DNA of 64,000 nt from Chrysomallon squamiferum. Taxonomy: Eukaryota > Animalia > Mollusca. Positions 1 through 14,299 of this stretch are shown piece by piece (the stretch's first letter is position 1; every line of letters begins with the position of its first letter). The notes below the pieces were generated by a model, which was not told the origin of the DNA, did no database searches, and worked only from the letters and a program-made list of their open reading frames with translations. Location: positions 6,572,001 through 6,636,000 of the forward strand of contig CM022665.1 of the NCBI GenBank assembly GCA_012295275.1. The letters run 5' to 3'. A program made the translations under genes and the position numbers.

Positions 1-21
1 GAGCCGGCAGACGAATATTGT

Positions 22-53
<32 letters not shown>

Positions 54-348
54 CAGCAATAATCGAATATAACTTTGAAATTGTATTGCTGCCAGTGTGA
101 AACAAAATTACCTTGAACAAGTATATTATGTTACGTTCATTATCACATAACCGGAGCAGGTATTTGATCACGTCAATATACTTTGATTGGCGTCGACGGC
201 ACAATAGCTAAGTTAATTATCATTCAGTCGCAGAACGAAGAAGAGGTTTTTCTTTTGACAGTTTTACACGAGGATGGTAAATGAAATAATTTATACTATT
301 ATAATTTTTTTTTTTGTTTTTTGTTTTTATGTGTTTTAATTCACCTAC

Positions 349-478
349 CTGTGGGGTCGGACAGCGCTCGAGTGCTAGTGCTCGGATCCATGTTGTACAG
401 GCTGGTAAAATCGTCGCACTTTCTCTTGTCTCTCTCGTCGGTGGTCGTGGGAACCCTCTGTTCTGCAAGAGCAGCCAT
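349..478 (-). CDS. Probable first coding exon of an unidentified gene continuing off the left edge (MAALAEQRVPTTTDERDKRKCDDFTSLYNMDPSTSTRALSDPT-G)
   Basis: ATG at 478-476 in strong context (aaaATGG). The open frame ends at a consensus donor CAG|GTAGGT (GT at 348-347; a second donor GTGAAT lies at 344-343), followed by AT-rich intron-like sequence. The exon is in a CpG-rich patch. There is only a faint resemblance to p160/NCOA N-termini (MSGLGE...DSRKRK), so identity is not established. Confidence 0.55.
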
Positions 479-1376
479 TTTACCATCAAATTTCAGATGA
501 AAATTACTGATCTGAGAGTTATCAGTGAAAAAATTAAACTGAGTAATGAAATTTTCTTTAGCGTACATTTATACCAATTTGAGCAATCCGAACTCGTGTT
601 TACAGTCTTGGCCAATCAAATCTTAACAATAGTGGGTATGATTCCTTTTCTGAAACCCAACTCATCCCTTATCGCTGATTGGTCGAGTACGAGATCCCCA
701 GTGTCGTCCATAATAAAGCAGGCGTGTCCGTCGCGCGCTTGTGGAATTTCTTATTCCCAGAACGACCGAAGGGAAAGTCTGGCTGAATCAATAGGACAAG
801 GTTATGCTTGTAAATGACGGTAATCACCGAGTGAAAATTAGGCCCCATGACAGTACCAAATGTCGTTAAAATAGAAAATGTAACAGAGCCCGAAGCGTCT
901 TCACGTCCTCACAGTAAATATATTTAAACACAAACATGATCCGATGAAAATTCATAACTAAGATAAGAAATGAATATTAAACTTCCCCCAAAAAAAAAAT
1001 TTTTTTTTTTTGCATGTTCAGAATCATTTTTATTTTATTTTATTTCATTTGGTTTTATTTTATTTTATTTATTCATACTGTGCAATCCAATACAGATAAT
1101 TTTAATTATCTTTAATAATAATAATAAGAAGAAGAAGAAGAAGAAGAATAAGAATAATAATAATAAAATTCTTGCCGAAAACGAAAGTAGAGAGAGGGAA
1201 ACGTAGAGAAAATCTATTTATGTTTTATTAATTTTACTCCTTCGATTGTTTTCTTTTATCTTCTTTTATTACATTAAAAAAATTTACCGTTTGATCTTTG
1301 TTCTTTCTTTTTCTTTTCTTTACTTTGCTTTTTATTATATTTTATATTTTATTTATTTATTTATTTATTTATTTTA

Positions 1377-1380
<4 letters not shown>

Positions 1381-1431
<51 letters not shown>
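1381..1431. repeat. (ATT)n microsatellite
   Basis: Pure trinucleotide run read directly; source of the poly-I/poly-L spurious ORFs. Confidence 0.95.
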
Positions 1432-1733
1432 TTCTTCTTTTTATTTTTTAGCCACATGGTATCATTTTGTATTGGTCATAGATTTCCATAATTCTGTTGT
1501 TTTATTATAATGCGTATTAATGAGGCGTTACTAAATAAAAGTCTCAGTTTTTGCTGATTAAGCTAAGCGAAATACAGAAGAGAAACAAATAAAACGCCGT
1601 TTAATTTTATTTTGTACTGCATATCAAAATATCTCTATTAAAAACAGAATCAACACGATTAAGGATAATTAATTAAAAAAATTATTGATAATAATTAATA
1701 ATAATATTAACAACAACAACAACAACAATAACT

Positions 1734-1781
<48 letters not shown>

Positions 1782-2929
1782 GTAATAATAATAATAATAA
1801 TAGCAACAACAATATTCTGATAATTATTTACAAGCCCGGACTATAACAACGAGAAAAAAACTTTTAAGATGAAATTAATTTCATTATAAAATAAGAATAA
1901 ATAGTTTGTAGAAAATTAAAAAAAAAAGAAAAAAGAAGAAGAAAAATAGAGAAAGCGAGCGCACTGGGATCAGTCTGCTTACACAGACAGAAATAATAAC
2001 TCATCGATGTAGATATCGAGTATACGTACTGAAATCGATTTACTTCAGTAAATCAGTCGCGGGTTTTCGTTACGTATTTCATCTACCTTAAATGAAAATA
2101 TATGGAAAAGAGACGTCAATATACACTCTGTATTATATATGTATTAACTTACGAATTTTATTTTAATGCTCAGATAAAGAAATAGGCTTGCAACTATCTG
2201 GGATCTTGTACGTCAGATTGTTAAGTCATTAGTTTGAAAGTATTGTCTGAACGTTACGAGTTATTTTTTATATGATAATTCTTTCTTTTCTACGACGATA
2301 TATAATCCTGACATTTGATTAATTTGTCAAAAAGACAAATAAATGATTTTAAAAAGTTATAATAATAATAATAATTATTATTATAATTATAAAGTCTTTG
2401 AAGGATAAATTGCAGAAAATATATGGCAATGAAAAAAATGAAAAACATTAGGAATAATTAAATATTTTTATTTCTTAATAAATAATTATAAAATTGTTAA
2501 AGTGAATAAAAATTTGAATTTGATTAAAAAAATAACAGATGAGTAAAAAATAATACAACATACATACATACATACAAAAATACAAAATTATAAAAGAAAA
2601 GAAAAGAAAAATAATATATTTTCTTTATAAATTGTTTACGTAAAACGGAGATATGATGACATTTTTATTTTTATAATAAATTTCTGATGCTTAAATTTTT
2701 ATTCTAAGTTAATTACTATTCAATTTATTTGTTTATTTATTTACTGAAGTTCATTATTAAAATCCTTGTCATCTGTTCTGAGCGGTACATATGACAGGAT
2801 AAAAATATCATTATATCTTTAAGACAACAATGTCGATAGAAGGTGATTGTTTTTATAACAGATGGAGCGACTGAAAAGCTCGACAGCTGGGAAATATTCT
2901 TGTGAAATAATCTTACACTGGAGTTTAAA

Positions 2930-3420
2930 TGAACAAGGAGACGATTTTCAGGCCGGGACATCTTCAATATTAGGCAATCTGAGTGCAAATCACAGAGGCG
3001 TGAAGCACGTATTAAAGACGGGTGGGAGGACCGAGGGATAATCAGGTACCGACACTCCAAATATCTCTTTGCCCGCCGTAGGGCTCTCCGCAGACGATAG
3101 GCCAAGTCACGTGACTTGTTAGCAATTTCGTGCTACTTCGCAAAACGTTTAGTTAACAATGTTTAAGAAAATGACTCTTAGTAAGAAAACAAACTGGCTT
3201 TGTTGAGGCACAAAAGAAGTCAATATAAGAGTTAAGCGGTGTCATGTTGAAACATACTTAAAGCTTCGTCGTCCGTGAATGGGCACGCGCCGCCATAATG
3301 GCGAAGCATCTGTGGTGTTAACCGGGTGGAAAAGCGTAAGATTAAAGCAAAGTTTGTGATTGTTGACACGCGAAATCGGTGAAAAGGAAATTATTTTTAA
3401 AGAGTTCTTTGATTATCACT
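2930..3420. promoter_or_regulatory. CpG-rich promoter/enhancer-like element
   Basis: Locally high GC and CpG. Perfect 16-bp palindrome CAAGTCACGTGACTTG at 3103-3118 (USF/TFE-type GTCACGTGAC E-box) and a palindromic double YY1-like core CGCCATAATGGCG at 3291-3303. Function is inferred. Confidence 0.4.
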
Positions 3421-3617
3421 AACACGTGTGATGACCATAAATAATGTAGCACTTTCAATTTCTTTTAAATATGTTCATCTTCTTTTTATGTCATTAAAGT
3501 TATTTCATTATTTGTAAAAAATAATTTTTTTGAAGCCTGGTTTAATTTGCGATTTGTATACTTGCTTATTTTATTAAATGATACCTGTAATTTTAAAGAA
3601 ATCTAATCTATCTAATA

Positions 3618-3680
<63 letters not shown>

Positions 3681-3980
3681 ATTTAACATTAAATATTTAA
3701 ATTATTTTAATTTTTGTTTCAAATTCACAGTTGATAGAAATATAAGAAAAAATCTTGAACATACACATGAAACGAAATTCAAAAGTATTATAATAAATTA
3801 ATGAAAAATTAAATATTTGTTTAACAAATTTTTTTTTAATTATTATTTATTTATTTATTTATTTATTTTTTTTAATTTTAATTTTTTTTTATTATCATTA
3901 TTTTACTGTTTATTAGATACGTTACATGTCGGTAAATATTTGCAAAATAATTAAACCAAAAAACAGAGAAATAATAATAA

Positions 3981-4015
<35 letters not shown>

Positions 4016-4534
4016 AGTAACAAACAAACAAACAATCAAACAAACAAAAAAAAAAAAAATAAAAATAAAAAAATTGGATTTATCACCGACTAACAGTAAT
4101 ATATTCGTTCTTTCATTTTCTGACTATAGACGATATTTAATGTTGACTTTTACTAGAAATGCGTCGTTTTCCCACTGACAGGAAAACACACACTACGGTT
4201 TTTATGAACTAGCCATGCGGAACTAAGTGGAAGGATGAACCGTTGAGTAGTGAAGCCACGACCTATCATGTACCAGCGCCTAACGTCGATTTCAGTCCAC
4301 TTAAAAAAAATTAATAATAATGCAGAAAATAATAAAACACGATTAGAAAAAAGTAACAGCAAATAATAATAAGCTGTTATATAATATTAACTCACAGTTT
4401 TATTTGATTTTATCTTTAAGAGTTATTTTACAGTCGGATCATAAACAGAATATAATTTTTATTATTTGTAATTTAATAATAATAACAATAACACTATAGT
4501 ACTACTAATAATAATAAATATGTTTTTATTTTTT

Positions 4535-4601
4535 ACTATTATTACTATTATTACTATTATTATTATTACTATTATTACTATCATTACTATTGTTATTATT
4601 A

Positions 4602-4690
<89 letters not shown>

Positions 4691-4691
4691 G

Positions 4692-4733
<42 letters not shown>
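4535..4733. repeat. (ATT)n microsatellite with ACT/GTT interruptions
   Basis: Read directly. Confidence 0.95.
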
Positions 4734-4734
<1 letters not shown>

Positions 4735-5718
4735 GAAAAAAGAAACGACTGACTGTAACATAACTAACACTTTTTTAATGTAAATAAATAAATGGTATTC
4801 AAATTATATCAGCTTACACTAAGTTTAAAATTTCATTATATAATTTTCAGGAAAAAAACAAACCCAGATAAATTAATTAACGAACATTTCAAACATTTTA
4901 CTTTTTGTTAACTAAAACAGAACTAATAAACTGTTTTAAACGTTAAAATAAAATCCAAAACTTTTTTCTTCTAAAAAAATTCGATGGTTTTTTTCTTTTA
5001 GTTTTCCAAACATGCTACACTTTGTAATTTTGTCCTCTCTTTTACCTCTACATCCTCCTTAACCCAAAAATTTCTATTTCAAAACTTGTTATTCATATTT
5101 AACTCTATAAATCTCTCGATATATATATATATATATATAAAAAATGTCTTCGTCTACTTCGGGTAAACATTCATTTTTTTTCTTTTTTTTTCTACAACTC
5201 TTTCTCTTGCGCAGTCGTAGTTAATTACGGCCGAACGTGTTGCGTAAACACGAAAGCGTGTGATCTCTTGTTCCTAATTACCCACACAGTAGTTTCATTT
5301 GCATGAAAATAAAGTCCATAATTGAAAACCCTCACAGATTTTCAAAGCGTCAGAGCGAAAAATTACGGGTCAAAACGATTGACCATGAAGAAATGAATGG
5401 AATCGACCGAGCCGAGTTGTGGCCATCGCTGAACGGAGAAGAGGAAAATTAAATTTCAGTGGCATAATCTTTGCTGATTTTGTTACCTCATCCCAATTCA
5501 ACTGCAGTCATCGACTGTCATAAAAAGAAAATAAAGAATTGCAAATGAAAACGTCAACTCGAGAGAACGGCGAGCATTCCAATACTATTTCAAGTTCTCA
5601 GAAATCTTTGAAAGCGTCGGTTTTTTTTTTTGGTTTTTTTTTGGTTTTTTTTTTTTGGTTTTTTTTAAACCTTCGTTTTATTTTGTATTTTTTCCTATTA
5701 TTATTCTTATTAAAGTGC

Positions 5719-5751
<33 letters not shown>

Positions 5752-6014
5752 AATGAATGAAAAGATTTCGATGTGGATATTAAAGAGACATTTTTTAAAA
5801 TGAAGTAAAAGAGTTATTTCTTTTTCTTTTTTTTTTTTTGGGGGGGGGGGGGAAGTGGGCTGATAGTTACATTTTTAGGTGGGAATTTCAAGTAAGCTGT
5901 ATTGCCTATTTATTTCTGATATCTACCTAATTGCTAATAACCAAGAAAAGAAGTTTCATTCTGAATGGTTTTGGAATATATTAATGTATACATTCATACA
6001 TACATACGTAGATG

Positions 6015-6016
<2 letters not shown>

Positions 6017-6080
<64 letters not shown>
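6017..6080. repeat. (AT)n microsatellite
   Basis: Read directly. Similar runs occur at about 3620-3674 and 19391-19433. Confidence 0.95.
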
Positions 6081-6083
<3 letters not shown>

Positions 6084-6485
6084 GTTTGTAAGTAATTATG
6101 TTATGTAATTAATTTTTGTAAAAGACTGCAAACTGATAATAATGACGATGATGACAGTAATAATTTTATAGCATTATCTATTCTATTTCCAATTAATTAG
6201 TAGTTGAATATTAAAGTAATTTTACAGTTTAATTTTATTTATTTTTATTTTTATTTTTTATTTACACACACATACACACATATATGTATTTAGAATTTAG
6301 AAATATATATATATATATATTTATTTATTTATTTATTTATTTATTTATCCTGCAATCAGTGTACGTAATGGAAACATATGTTGACTAGATAAACTATAGT
6401 TTTTGGGGATGGAACTATATTTACTTCGATAAATTATTTATTACATACATACATACATATGTATGTGTGTTTGTGTGTGTGTTTG

Positions 6486-6531
<46 letters not shown>

Positions 6532-6736
6532 GTGTGCATATATATATATATGTATGTATATGCACACGCACAAACTGTTTGGAGATACTTCTTTAGTATT
6601 TAACTGCTGGTGTAGATCTTAAAAACTTATTTTGAAAATGGTTTTCATTTAAAAAAATAGCAATTAAATTGTTGTTAGTCAAGAACTATTTTGTTTTGAT
6701 GGTAGCCTATAATGAAATAAATACTTGTGAATTTAT

Positions 6737-6739
<3 letters not shown>

Positions 6740-6816
<77 letters not shown>
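6740..6816. repeat. (GA)n microsatellite
   Basis: Read directly. Confidence 0.95.
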
Positions 6817-6817
<1 letters not shown>

Positions 6818-7467
6818 AACCAGTTTCTTTTAATTTTTTGTGTTATTTAAAACTGCAGGATAAAAGAAAAGTTGTTACTTATATCAGCATTATCCTGCTA
6901 TAGTTGAATATTGAATTCGGCATTCTATACAGTCAGGATAAAGCTGATATCTTAAGGTAGTAATCAGTTATTTCCTATATTTATATATATATATATACTT
7001 GTTCTTAGCAATCAGTCTTTTTTAACGTAAAAATAACAGTAACAAGCTGAAAACGAAACGAGAAAAAGTCGACTTCTGTGTATCATTTATTCTGATTTTC
7101 TGATTAGTAAAGACTGGCGTGAAGAAAAAACAAAAACAATTACTGGTAGTCTGTATTTAGCCTACATCTAATACATTAAGAATTTTTACGAATTACATAA
7201 AAAATTCGACCATTTACCAAAATTTATCATCTGGCAACTCCTATGTTATTTTTACTGGGCTGAGGAAATGAACTTTTTAAAAATTTTTATTTATTTTCCA
7301 TTTCTAGCAGTGACATATCATTATAAATTTACTATTCCTATATCTTTTGCTATAAAAAAATAATAATAAAGAAATGATTTTTGTTTTTCTTGCCCTATAA
7401 TTATTTTAGATAAATTTATACTGTAATATGTTTGTTTGCACTTATTAGATATTATTATTATTTCTGT

Positions 7468-7527
7468 TACTACTACTATTATTATTATTATTGTTATTAT
7501 TATTATTATTATTACTATTATTATTAT

Positions 7528-7604
<77 letters not shown>

Positions 7605-7625
7605 TTGTTGTTGTTGTTATTGTTG
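7468..7625. repeat. Compound (ATT)n/(TAG)n/(GTT)n microsatellite
   Basis: Read directly; the (TAG)n core is at about 7528-7603. Confidence 0.95.
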
Positions 7626-10600
7626 TATATTTGTTTTTAGGAAAAACTTTTTCACCCTCAAAATACTGAAAATCTTTCCTTCTCACCAACACAAACTTCT
7701 GATATCACCTTTCATATACGCGTCTATGAAATTTGAAATGAATTCAAGGATTTGCGTTCAATGCCAGCATGTTATTCGCATGTCACTTTTTGCACGCAAA
7801 CCATTAATTTACGCGATAAAATAAACATAAAAATAAAATAAAGTAGAATAAATCAGCAAAATGTATATTTTTTTTTTATAAGAGCCAATTTTGGTTATTC
7901 CTGGTTCATCAGTTGCATGCTATTGTGAATCGGCAATTAGGTCATGATAAATACTAATAGGAAAACAACGAAACAATTATTAGCTTGTATTTTACATTAT
8001 AAAGGATAAAAAAAAAGCAACTAATTTTCTCGATAAATTTTCTAATAGAATATCTGACATATTAACAAGTTAACGCAAAAATAAATGCCCATCCCCAAAA
8101 AAACCCACAAAAAAACATAAACAAACAAAAAAGAAAACCTAGCAACAAATCAACAAATAAATAAATAAATAAATAAATTTAATAAAAAAATAAATAAATT
8201 TAATAAAATAAAATAAATAAATAAATAAAAAATAAAAGACGTGACTAGCAATTGTTGGTGGAACTAATTTGATGCTTACTTTTCTTTCAGAAGGCAATAA
8301 AGCGAAGATTTAGCATATTATATCTAAAACCAATTACTGTGTTAATGAACTACATCTTAACAAATAATACTTTCCATACACATCATATTTAATTGGCCAA
8401 AACAGCTCCTTTGAGAAAAAAGCAAAGGGAATTATCAGAAATTTTATTTCTTGTTGTCACTTACTTGAAAGGGTCATCTGCCAATCACCATCAATGCAAT
8501 AAAATCCTTTGTTAAACGCTTACGAGATCTGATATGTGATCTAAACGTTGTTCATCAACAATAAGTGTACCATTACTGCAACACGGTGTATGATAAACAT
8601 AAATACTATTAGGAAAATAGAATCAGGCACAGAAATGAAATAATGCCCCATATCAGATTAGCACTGTCAAAATGTATTACATTTTCTCAGTAATAAAACT
8701 CTCTTTCGGCAAGAAACGTTAAATAACGCTTTACAAGAAATATTTTCTAACAACGAAAAAGTCAACAAAATGAATAGAAAGAAAAAAAAATTATAATAGA
8801 AAGAAAATTAAAATTATAAATAATACTTGCCTGCAGGTGAGGTCCTCTAACAACAAACTGGTCTCTGCCTTAAAGAAAAATATTACAAGTATTGAAAAGT
8901 TTGAAACTTGGTGCACATCTCAGATGCCGGCCGTTCTGTGATTAGACCGCAGATAGAACAGTAACCAAGTTTGGAATGATTACGACGATAAGCAGACGAA
9001 GATTAGCAACGAAATTGGGAGGATAATGACGTTGTGGGACAGGATTGGACCAATCTCCCCTTGGGCGTAAATCACGACCAGGACTACCAAAATACCGCTT
9101 TAAAAGGCCGTCCGTAATTGCCAACATTTGTACTTCATATTATTGAAATGACAGCTACAAAATAGATTTTCCACCCAGAATGAGCCATGTCATTTGGAAA
9201 AATGTGGTCAATTTGTCAAATACTGGTTTCCAATGGCAGAAAATTGTTTTGATGATGGACCAGTTGTGGACGAGTGAAGCCAATTATTGTCGTCAACTAG
9301 AAATTCATCGAAGATGGGCGAAAGCCGTCACTCTGTTCCCTTTCCCTTTGCCCAGATTGACAATATGAAAAAGATGCTAACTAGAGATGAAGAACGGTTC
9401 GGGTAACTTGGTTACTGCTTGCAAGGTTTTGCACAATGAACATTCATTGCAAGTTTGGCATTTGTATCGAGTCTCATCTTATATGATTAATAAAGCTTCA
9501 ATGGACTTTAATTCTCATTAAAGAGTAATCGTCGATCAGGCTAGTGATGTGTTAAACAAAAAGTCTTTCTTTTTTTTATTTCATATCACGAAAATTCACC
9601 TAGAATAAATATTGGTAAATATATTACACGTTTTCACTTGTATTATATTAGAAAATATGCAGTTTGACTTAAACAAGAACATACCTTTTCACGTAGTGTA
9701 TAAGATAAGTTCATCTCATGATATTAAATAACTTCAAGACTTCGAGATAATGAGTAAGATTCATTGCCTAAATGAGATGTCCTTAGTGAGAAGAACGGAA
9801 CTTTAGAAAATGTTTTCAGTCTTTATAGTTTAATTTAAAGCAATTTAAAAGTGAAATTTTCACGGACTGTTTTTTAAAGCGATGGCTTTAATTGAAAGAG
9901 TTGTTTTGAGTAATTTAACGAAATACATTAACAGTTAATAAATGTTCTAATTTTACCGATTCAGGTTGAATATTTTAACTAACATAATAAATTATCTTCA
10001 AAATCGCTTAACGGTATGAAGTCAAAAAATATTTGTTATAAATTATAACAGTAGTTAAAAGATGTTCATTCATTTCTGACATAAACAACTAATAAAAATA
10101 ATATTAACAATTCTGTAAATCTTTTTAAATTATCAACTAATACAAATTAATACAAATATTATTTAAAATATGAAATTAAAAACTGTTTATTCTTTACTTA
10201 TCCTTTTTTTTTTTTTATTTATTTATTCTTTCTTTCTTTTTCTTTATTTTTTTTTTTTTTTTATTTTTTTTTTATTAAAATAATTTTTTAACTTTTACTG
10301 CATATAGTTTCTAAATATTTAAAATTCTAAGCGCAAACAAAATAACATTTACCATTTTTTTTTATTAAACTAAAACATCTCATATTACATGCTTAATATA
10401 TATACATACACACATACATACATTATATATATATATGGTTAATCAGGACGTTTAAATATCCTCACGGCAAATATGAACTAAAGTAAACTGTAATTTATAT
10501 ATCAGTAAAATAACTAAAAATAACTAAATAAATAAATAAATAAATAAATGAACGAACGAACGAACGAACGAACGAACGAGCAAACAAACAACAAATAAAT

Positions 10601-11831
10601 AAATAAGTAAACAAACAAACAAAGGAACAATAAATAAATAAATAAATGAATTATTTCAGAGGAGTATATTACTTTTTACGTATTCTTTTCTAGTTCAGTA
10701 ATTTAAAAACATTTTCAAAATTTCTGTCAAATTTACATGAACTTGTTTTTAATAATTTGTATCACATCAGAATTAAAAAGCATCTTATTAATTCCATACA
10801 AATGTACAAAAATTTAACGCATTTTAAAATCCAAGACAGTTACTTATTTCAGAGTAAGAAAGTTTGTTAATCCTGTGGTATAAATAAATCATCATAACTT
10901 TAACAAGAAGTTTTTACCTTGTTGAGAAGTATTCTTCAATAAAAGGAAGAAGTGTGTGAACTTCAGTGATTGTCAGATGTGTTATAAGTAACGATACAAT
11001 CCTGATTTTTATTCATAATTATATATTAATATTTAGAAAGTCTTGTTATCAAATTATTACTGAAGTGAATAAATGTGAATTCTCGCAAATTTAGAATTTT
11101 TTTTTTTTTTTTTTTAATATACATTTTATATATCAACTGTTATACCAGGTAAAAACAGAAGTTTATTTTTTCACAGTTCATATAAGATGTTATAAATATG
11201 TAAACTGGTAGATACAAACATTTGTAACTAGAGAAACGAAGATACCATAATTATTTCGTGTAAAAAACAATTTAATTAAAAACGATTTTCTACTTTTAAT
11301 TAACTGTCCTTTATCTTCAATATTTGGTCTTTTCAAAAGATAGTTTTTATTTAATGTTTTTTGTTCTAATGGTTAATTAAAATACAAATTTGTTTCATCG
11401 TTTGATGCGTTATAACTTTTTATTTCAAAAACAAATGTTGCAGATTTTTATGTAATATAATTCAAAATTTTTTAAATTCAAATTTATTTTAAATGTTCTA
11501 TTTTTTAAATTAAAAGGTGAAACTGTATTATTATATAATATAAATTTTAAACAATTTGAAAATTATTAAAATTACTTCTACCACTACTACTCGTAATAAT
11601 AAAAATAATAATTTGATAAAAAGCACCTTACTTAAGTCCTATTATTTCAGCGATGATCAGTATTTTTCTTGTTCATTTTGAAAAAATTCTCATGCAGTTC
11701 TGTAAAAAAATTGAATTTTAGGTGCATTTATACGTGCGAATCATTTTAAGGTTTTTATTTTCACTCATAATAATAATTTTTAGATACTTTTTACAGTTCT
11801 TTTCTTTTTTTTTATTATTATTAATTTTTTT

Positions 11832-11882
<51 letters not shown>

Positions 11883-12185
11883 TAAAACAGATGTTTAATT
11901 CTATTGCCTGTTTCTGTTATTATTTCGCTAATATAATTATTTAATAAGAAAAAAAAAAAAAAAATTACAATATGATGTGAAACCAATAAATTAAAATAAA
12001 TAAATTAAAATATTTGAAGTCTTCAGTGAAATAACAGATTAATGGTTTATCCGTAAATATTTATCATTATCATAATAAAATTTCTACGTGGGATAACATG
12101 TAAGTTATAAAATGGTGTATACGCATTATTAGACTTATGCCATCTATTGTGAACCCCGGAATGAGAAAAAAAATGATATACATGG

Positions 12186-12250
12186 GTGTATGTGTATGTG
12201 TGTATGTGTGTGCATGTATTTGTGTGTGTATGTATGTATGTTTGTATGTA

Positions 12251-12298
<48 letters not shown>

Positions 12299-12345
12299 GC
12301 CTTTGGTTCCTTATTTAAAAAAAAACTTTAAATGAAATAAATAAA

Positions 12346-12376
<31 letters not shown>

Positions 12377-12388
12377 TAAAAATAAAAA

Positions 12389-12418
<30 letters not shown>
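12186..12418. repeat. Compound (TG)n/(TATG)n and (AAAAT)n/(AAAT)n simple repeats
   Basis: Read directly. Confidence 0.9.
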
Positions 12419-12419
<1 letters not shown>

Positions 12420-13352
12420 TACGATTACAATTTGTACCTCTGTCACCGAAAAAGCGACGAACAGGAACGGGGAAAAAAAAATGATTGCATCTGAAACAAA
12501 ACAAATATAGCAACACTTGGATTGAAGCAGTTCCTCCCATGGGAAGTTGTGTAACTGCGATTCTGCTGTAGCTAAATAAAGAGAAAGGGCTAAATGCTTG
12601 AACTTAATGTACAAAGACATTTTATTTTCATTTTATCTGAATAGTCAACAGAATTCAGTTCTGTTAAAATATTTATAATTTTTGCTTGTATTGCTGATTA
12701 CCAGCTTAAATAAAAGTATAAGGAGACGACAGCAATAACTTCAGTGTTTATTTTGTAGTATTTATTTTATTTTATTTAACTTATTTGTATCTTTTTTTCT
12801 TTTTCTTTTTATGTTGTTTATATTCTATATAAATCAATTAAATAAAATAAATACAAAAACGCTAGTAAATTATTACTTTTAACTTACTTCCAGTAATCTG
12901 GATATTTATTTAATGTGATTCTATATTATACATCATTTCTTTGAACTATATCTAAATATGTAGGTCTGATAAGATAGCATGCAGAAACAAATGTGTATAT
13001 AGTTATGTGCATGTGTTTGTAAATATATATATATATATATATTTACAAACACATACCTACGCACATAACTATGTACACATACAAACACAAACACTTTGCT
13101 AAAAAAAAAAAAAAAAAAAAAAAAGAAATGAAACTATTAATACACAGAGATAATAAATTTGAAAGCACAAAATATACATTTTCGGATTTATGTGTTCCAA
13201 GCTTATTTGCTACCTTATTTTCAACATTTTCAACGATTGCTTCATGTACTGTCTTTTTTCTTTCTTTCTTTCTTTCTATTTTTCATTTAATTTTATTTAT
13301 TTATTGTTTTATTATCTTCTTGCCATTTGTTCCATTTATTCGTCATTTTTCG

Positions 13353-13358
13353 TCATCG

Positions 13359-13403
<45 letters not shown>
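13353..13403. repeat. (TCA)n microsatellite
   Basis: Read directly. Confidence 0.95.
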
Positions 13404-13404
<1 letters not shown>

Positions 13405-14029
13405 TTTCTTCGTCTTCTTCTTTTTATTATTATTTTATTTTTATTTTTTATTATTATTATTTCCCAACGTTAGTACAACAATACAATAATGTAGATGAGC
13501 CCCGCGTGTTTATGTATGCTTTATTATTATAGGATGTCATGTTAAGGCAACTTTGAAACATGACAAAATGAAACTTGCAAAATTACCCATGATTAGTATT
13601 TGTAATTAAATGGAAAAATTACAGAAGGTTTCATAAAGAAATCAAATTATTTCCATGTTAGTCAAAATAGTTAATTCATTTAAAATTAGTTTTAAACATT
13701 TATTTTATGAACAAGAGAGTATATTTAATTTGAACTATTTAGTTGACAAAGATGTTCACCTATGGAGAGTAAATCTTTGTTCGGTTTCGTTTTGATGGCT
13801 TTCGGTAAGTGTCGATAAAAAAAAAAATATTTGGTGACTCAGTTTGTAAAGACTTTCTGCGGCTATTGAAATATTTCACTGCAAGTAATTTGCCGAATTA
13901 TTAAACATAATTATTTCAGAAGATATTTTTTTCGAAAGCTTTGGATAATATTTGTTTTCCAGTTTCTTACCATTGTAGATAGCATTTATTCGTTTTAATA
14001 CTATTACAATTATTGTTGTTGTTGTGCTG

Positions 14030-14092
<63 letters not shown>

Positions 14093-14299
14093 TATTTATT
14101 TTATTTTATTAATTTTTTACTTTTTTATTTTATTTTTAATTTTATTTTTATTTTTTTTTTTTTTTTTTTGTTTTGTATTTGTTGTTGTTGTTGCTTGTTT
14201 GTAACCCCAGCTCTGTAACGGTTTTATGCGAAAACCTACGATGATTGCCGAGTTATTTGTTGAGTCACATGATATGGCACATGATCTGCGTTTCAAGGG

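Noticed and set aside
314-817. 167-aa plus-strand ORF
   Set aside because: It is antisense to the better-supported minus-strand exon and its 5'UTR, starts in a T-rich tract and has no recognisable motif.
8890-9420. GC-richer block with short ORFs (possible exon or transposon)
   Set aside because: All frames are interrupted, there is no good polypyrimidine acceptor, and no TIR/TSD or recognisable domain was found. Treated as a possible regulatory block only.
970-14218. Many 60-150 aa ORFs with poly-I/L/S/K or FY-rich runs
   Set aside because: They are translations of (ATT)n, (TAG)n, (TCA)n, (TG)n and poly-A/T tracts, with no domains or splice context.
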